In this document: positions 60,920 to 62,137 of the stretch, one piece after another | How positions within the stretch are numbered: position 1 is the stretch's first letter | Layout of the letters: the number at the start of each line of letters is the position of its first letter | From: Sulfurimicrobium sp. | GTDB lineage: Bacteria > Pseudomonadota > Gammaproteobacteria > Burkholderiales > Sulfuricellaceae | Reading direction: 5' to 3' | NCBI GenBank assembly: GCA_030690835.1 | Contig: JAUYFW010000015.1 | Coordinates: 1 to 62,137, forward strand | Length of the DNA: 62,137 nt | Made by a program: the position numbers and the translations under genes | The notes under the pieces: generated by a model | The model's database searches: none | Told to the model about the DNA's origin: nothing | The model's input: only the letters and a program-made list of their open reading frames with translations

Positions 60920-62137
60920 TACCATCGCCGCTGTCGCCACCGCCCCTGGGCGGGGTGGCATTGGCGTGGTGCGGGTGTCGGGGAAAGGATTGGGCGCTTT
61001 TGCCCTAGCGCTTCTGGGCAAAAGCCCGCGAGCGCGATATGCGACCCTGAGCGATTTTCACGATAGCGACGGGTCGGTCATAGATCAGGGCATCGCACTG
61101 TTTTTCCCCGCCCCGCACTCATTTACCGGCGAAGACGTGCTTGAATTGCAGGGACATGGCGGCAATGCCGTGATGCAGCGCCTGCTCAAGCGTTGTCTGA
61201 CACTTGGCGCCCGCCTGGCGGAACCAGGTGAGTTCACCAGGCGTGCCTTCCTCAACGACAAGCTCGATCTGGCACAGGCCGAAAGTGTCGCGGACCTGAT
61301 AGATGCCGCCAGCGAGGAGGCGGCCAAAAGCGCCATGCGCTCCCTGCAGGGAGAATTTTCTCGCGCCGTACATGAAATCGTGGCGCGCTTGATCGATCTG
61401 CGGATGTTGGTGGAAGCCTGTATCGATTTCCCGGACGAAGATATCGATTTTCTTGAAGCAGCGGATGCCCTGGGCAAGCTCGCGCAAATCAAGCAACTGC
61501 AACAACACCTTTTTGCCAGCGCCAAGCAGGGCAGCCTGCTGCGCGAGGGGGTCCATGTGGTGCTGGTCGGCCAGCCAAATGTGGGCAAGTCCAGCCTGCT
61601 TAATCAATTGGCTGGCGACGAAGTTGCCATTGTCACCCCTATCGCCGGCACGACACGCGACACCGTGCGCGAAGAAATCGACATTCAGGGCATACCCTTT
61701 CACATCATTGATACTGCGGGCCTGCGCGACACGGCCTGTGAGGTCGAGCGAATCGGTATTTCACGCACCTGGGCCGCAGTGGAAAAAGCCTCATTGGTGC
61801 TGCTATTGCTCGATGCAAGAGAGGGCGAAAGCGAGCCGGACCGGGCGATTCTGGCGCGACTGCCAACACAGCTTCCGGTGGTTAAGGTTTTCAACAAAAT
61901 CGATCTATTGCCTGAGCCGATTGTAATGGGCTCTCAGGAGGATGGTACGACAGTATTCGCCTCCGCAAAAACCGGAGCGGGAATGGACACGCTACGCCAC
62001 AGCCTGCTCGCGCTGGCAGGCTGGGAGCAAACCGGCGAGGGGGCGTTCATGGCGCGCGAGCGCCATTTGCGCGCCATGAAAAGTGCCCGGGAGCATGTCG
62101 CTAAAGCGGAAGCCAACTGGCACCAACTGGAATTCTT
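60906..62137 (+). CDS. mnmE: tRNA modification GTPase MnmE, truncated by the window edge
   Basis: [50 protein letters not shown]; absent from the ORF track because there is no stop in the window. Confidence 0.97.
   Translation, partial: MANADTIAAVATAPGRGGIGVVRVSGKGLGAFALALLGKSPRARYATLSDFHDSDGSVIDQGIALFFPAPHSFTGEDVLELQGHGGNAVMQRLLKRCLTLGARLAEPGEFTRRAFLNDKLDLAQAESVADLIDAASEEAAKSAMRSLQGEFSRAVHEIVARLIDLRMLVEACIDFPDEDIDFLEAADALGKLAQIKQLQQHLFASAKQGSLLREGVHVVLVGQPNVGKSSLLNQLAGDEVAIVTPIAGTTRDTVREEIDIQGIPFHIIDTAGLRDTACEVERIGISRTWAAVEKASLVLLLLDAREGESEPDRAILARLPTQLPVVKVFNKIDLLPEPIVMGSQEDGTTVFASAKTGAGMDTLRHSLLALAGWEQTGEGAFMARERHLRAMKSAREHVAKAEANWHQLEF

Overview
Betaproteobacterial chromosomal DNA in two stylistically different halves. 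The left part (1 to ~38.2 kb) is very GC-rich housekeeping DNA: metK with a SAM-II-type riboswitch, a gnnA-gnnB-lpxA-like lipid A cluster, two lipid A acyltransferases, dapF-DUF484-xerC, cbpA-cbpM, asmA, a ROK kinase, priA and hemE. Its gaps are filled with one- or two-gene accessory inserts (three toxin-antitoxin-like pairs, two PEP-CTERM genes, dinD, Uma2, an IS4 end) and several families of short structured repeats. The right part (~38.3 kb to the end) is a visibly less GC-rich, insert-free origin region: trkH-trkA-ntrX-ntrY-DUF4390-rsmB-fmt-def, lysM-dprA-smg-topA, gyrB-dnaN-dnaA, rpmH-rnpA-yidD-yidC-mnmE, plus DnaA boxes and a parS site. Most notable: (1) a transposase-free cassette in which 305-bp near-identical inverted repeats enclose one HhH-glycosylase-like gene; (2) short repeats that occur intergenically, as short ORFs overlapping downstream start codons, and as two in-frame insertions in the ROK kinase; (3) a HicA-like toxin paired with a 356-aa partner next to xerC; (4) two TTATG-N10-CATAA palindromes resembling empty tyrosine-recombinase targets; (5) a second DnaA-box cluster at priA-hemE and a possible chimeric junction at ~38.25 kb. 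Family calls come from motif recognition by eye; no searches were run.
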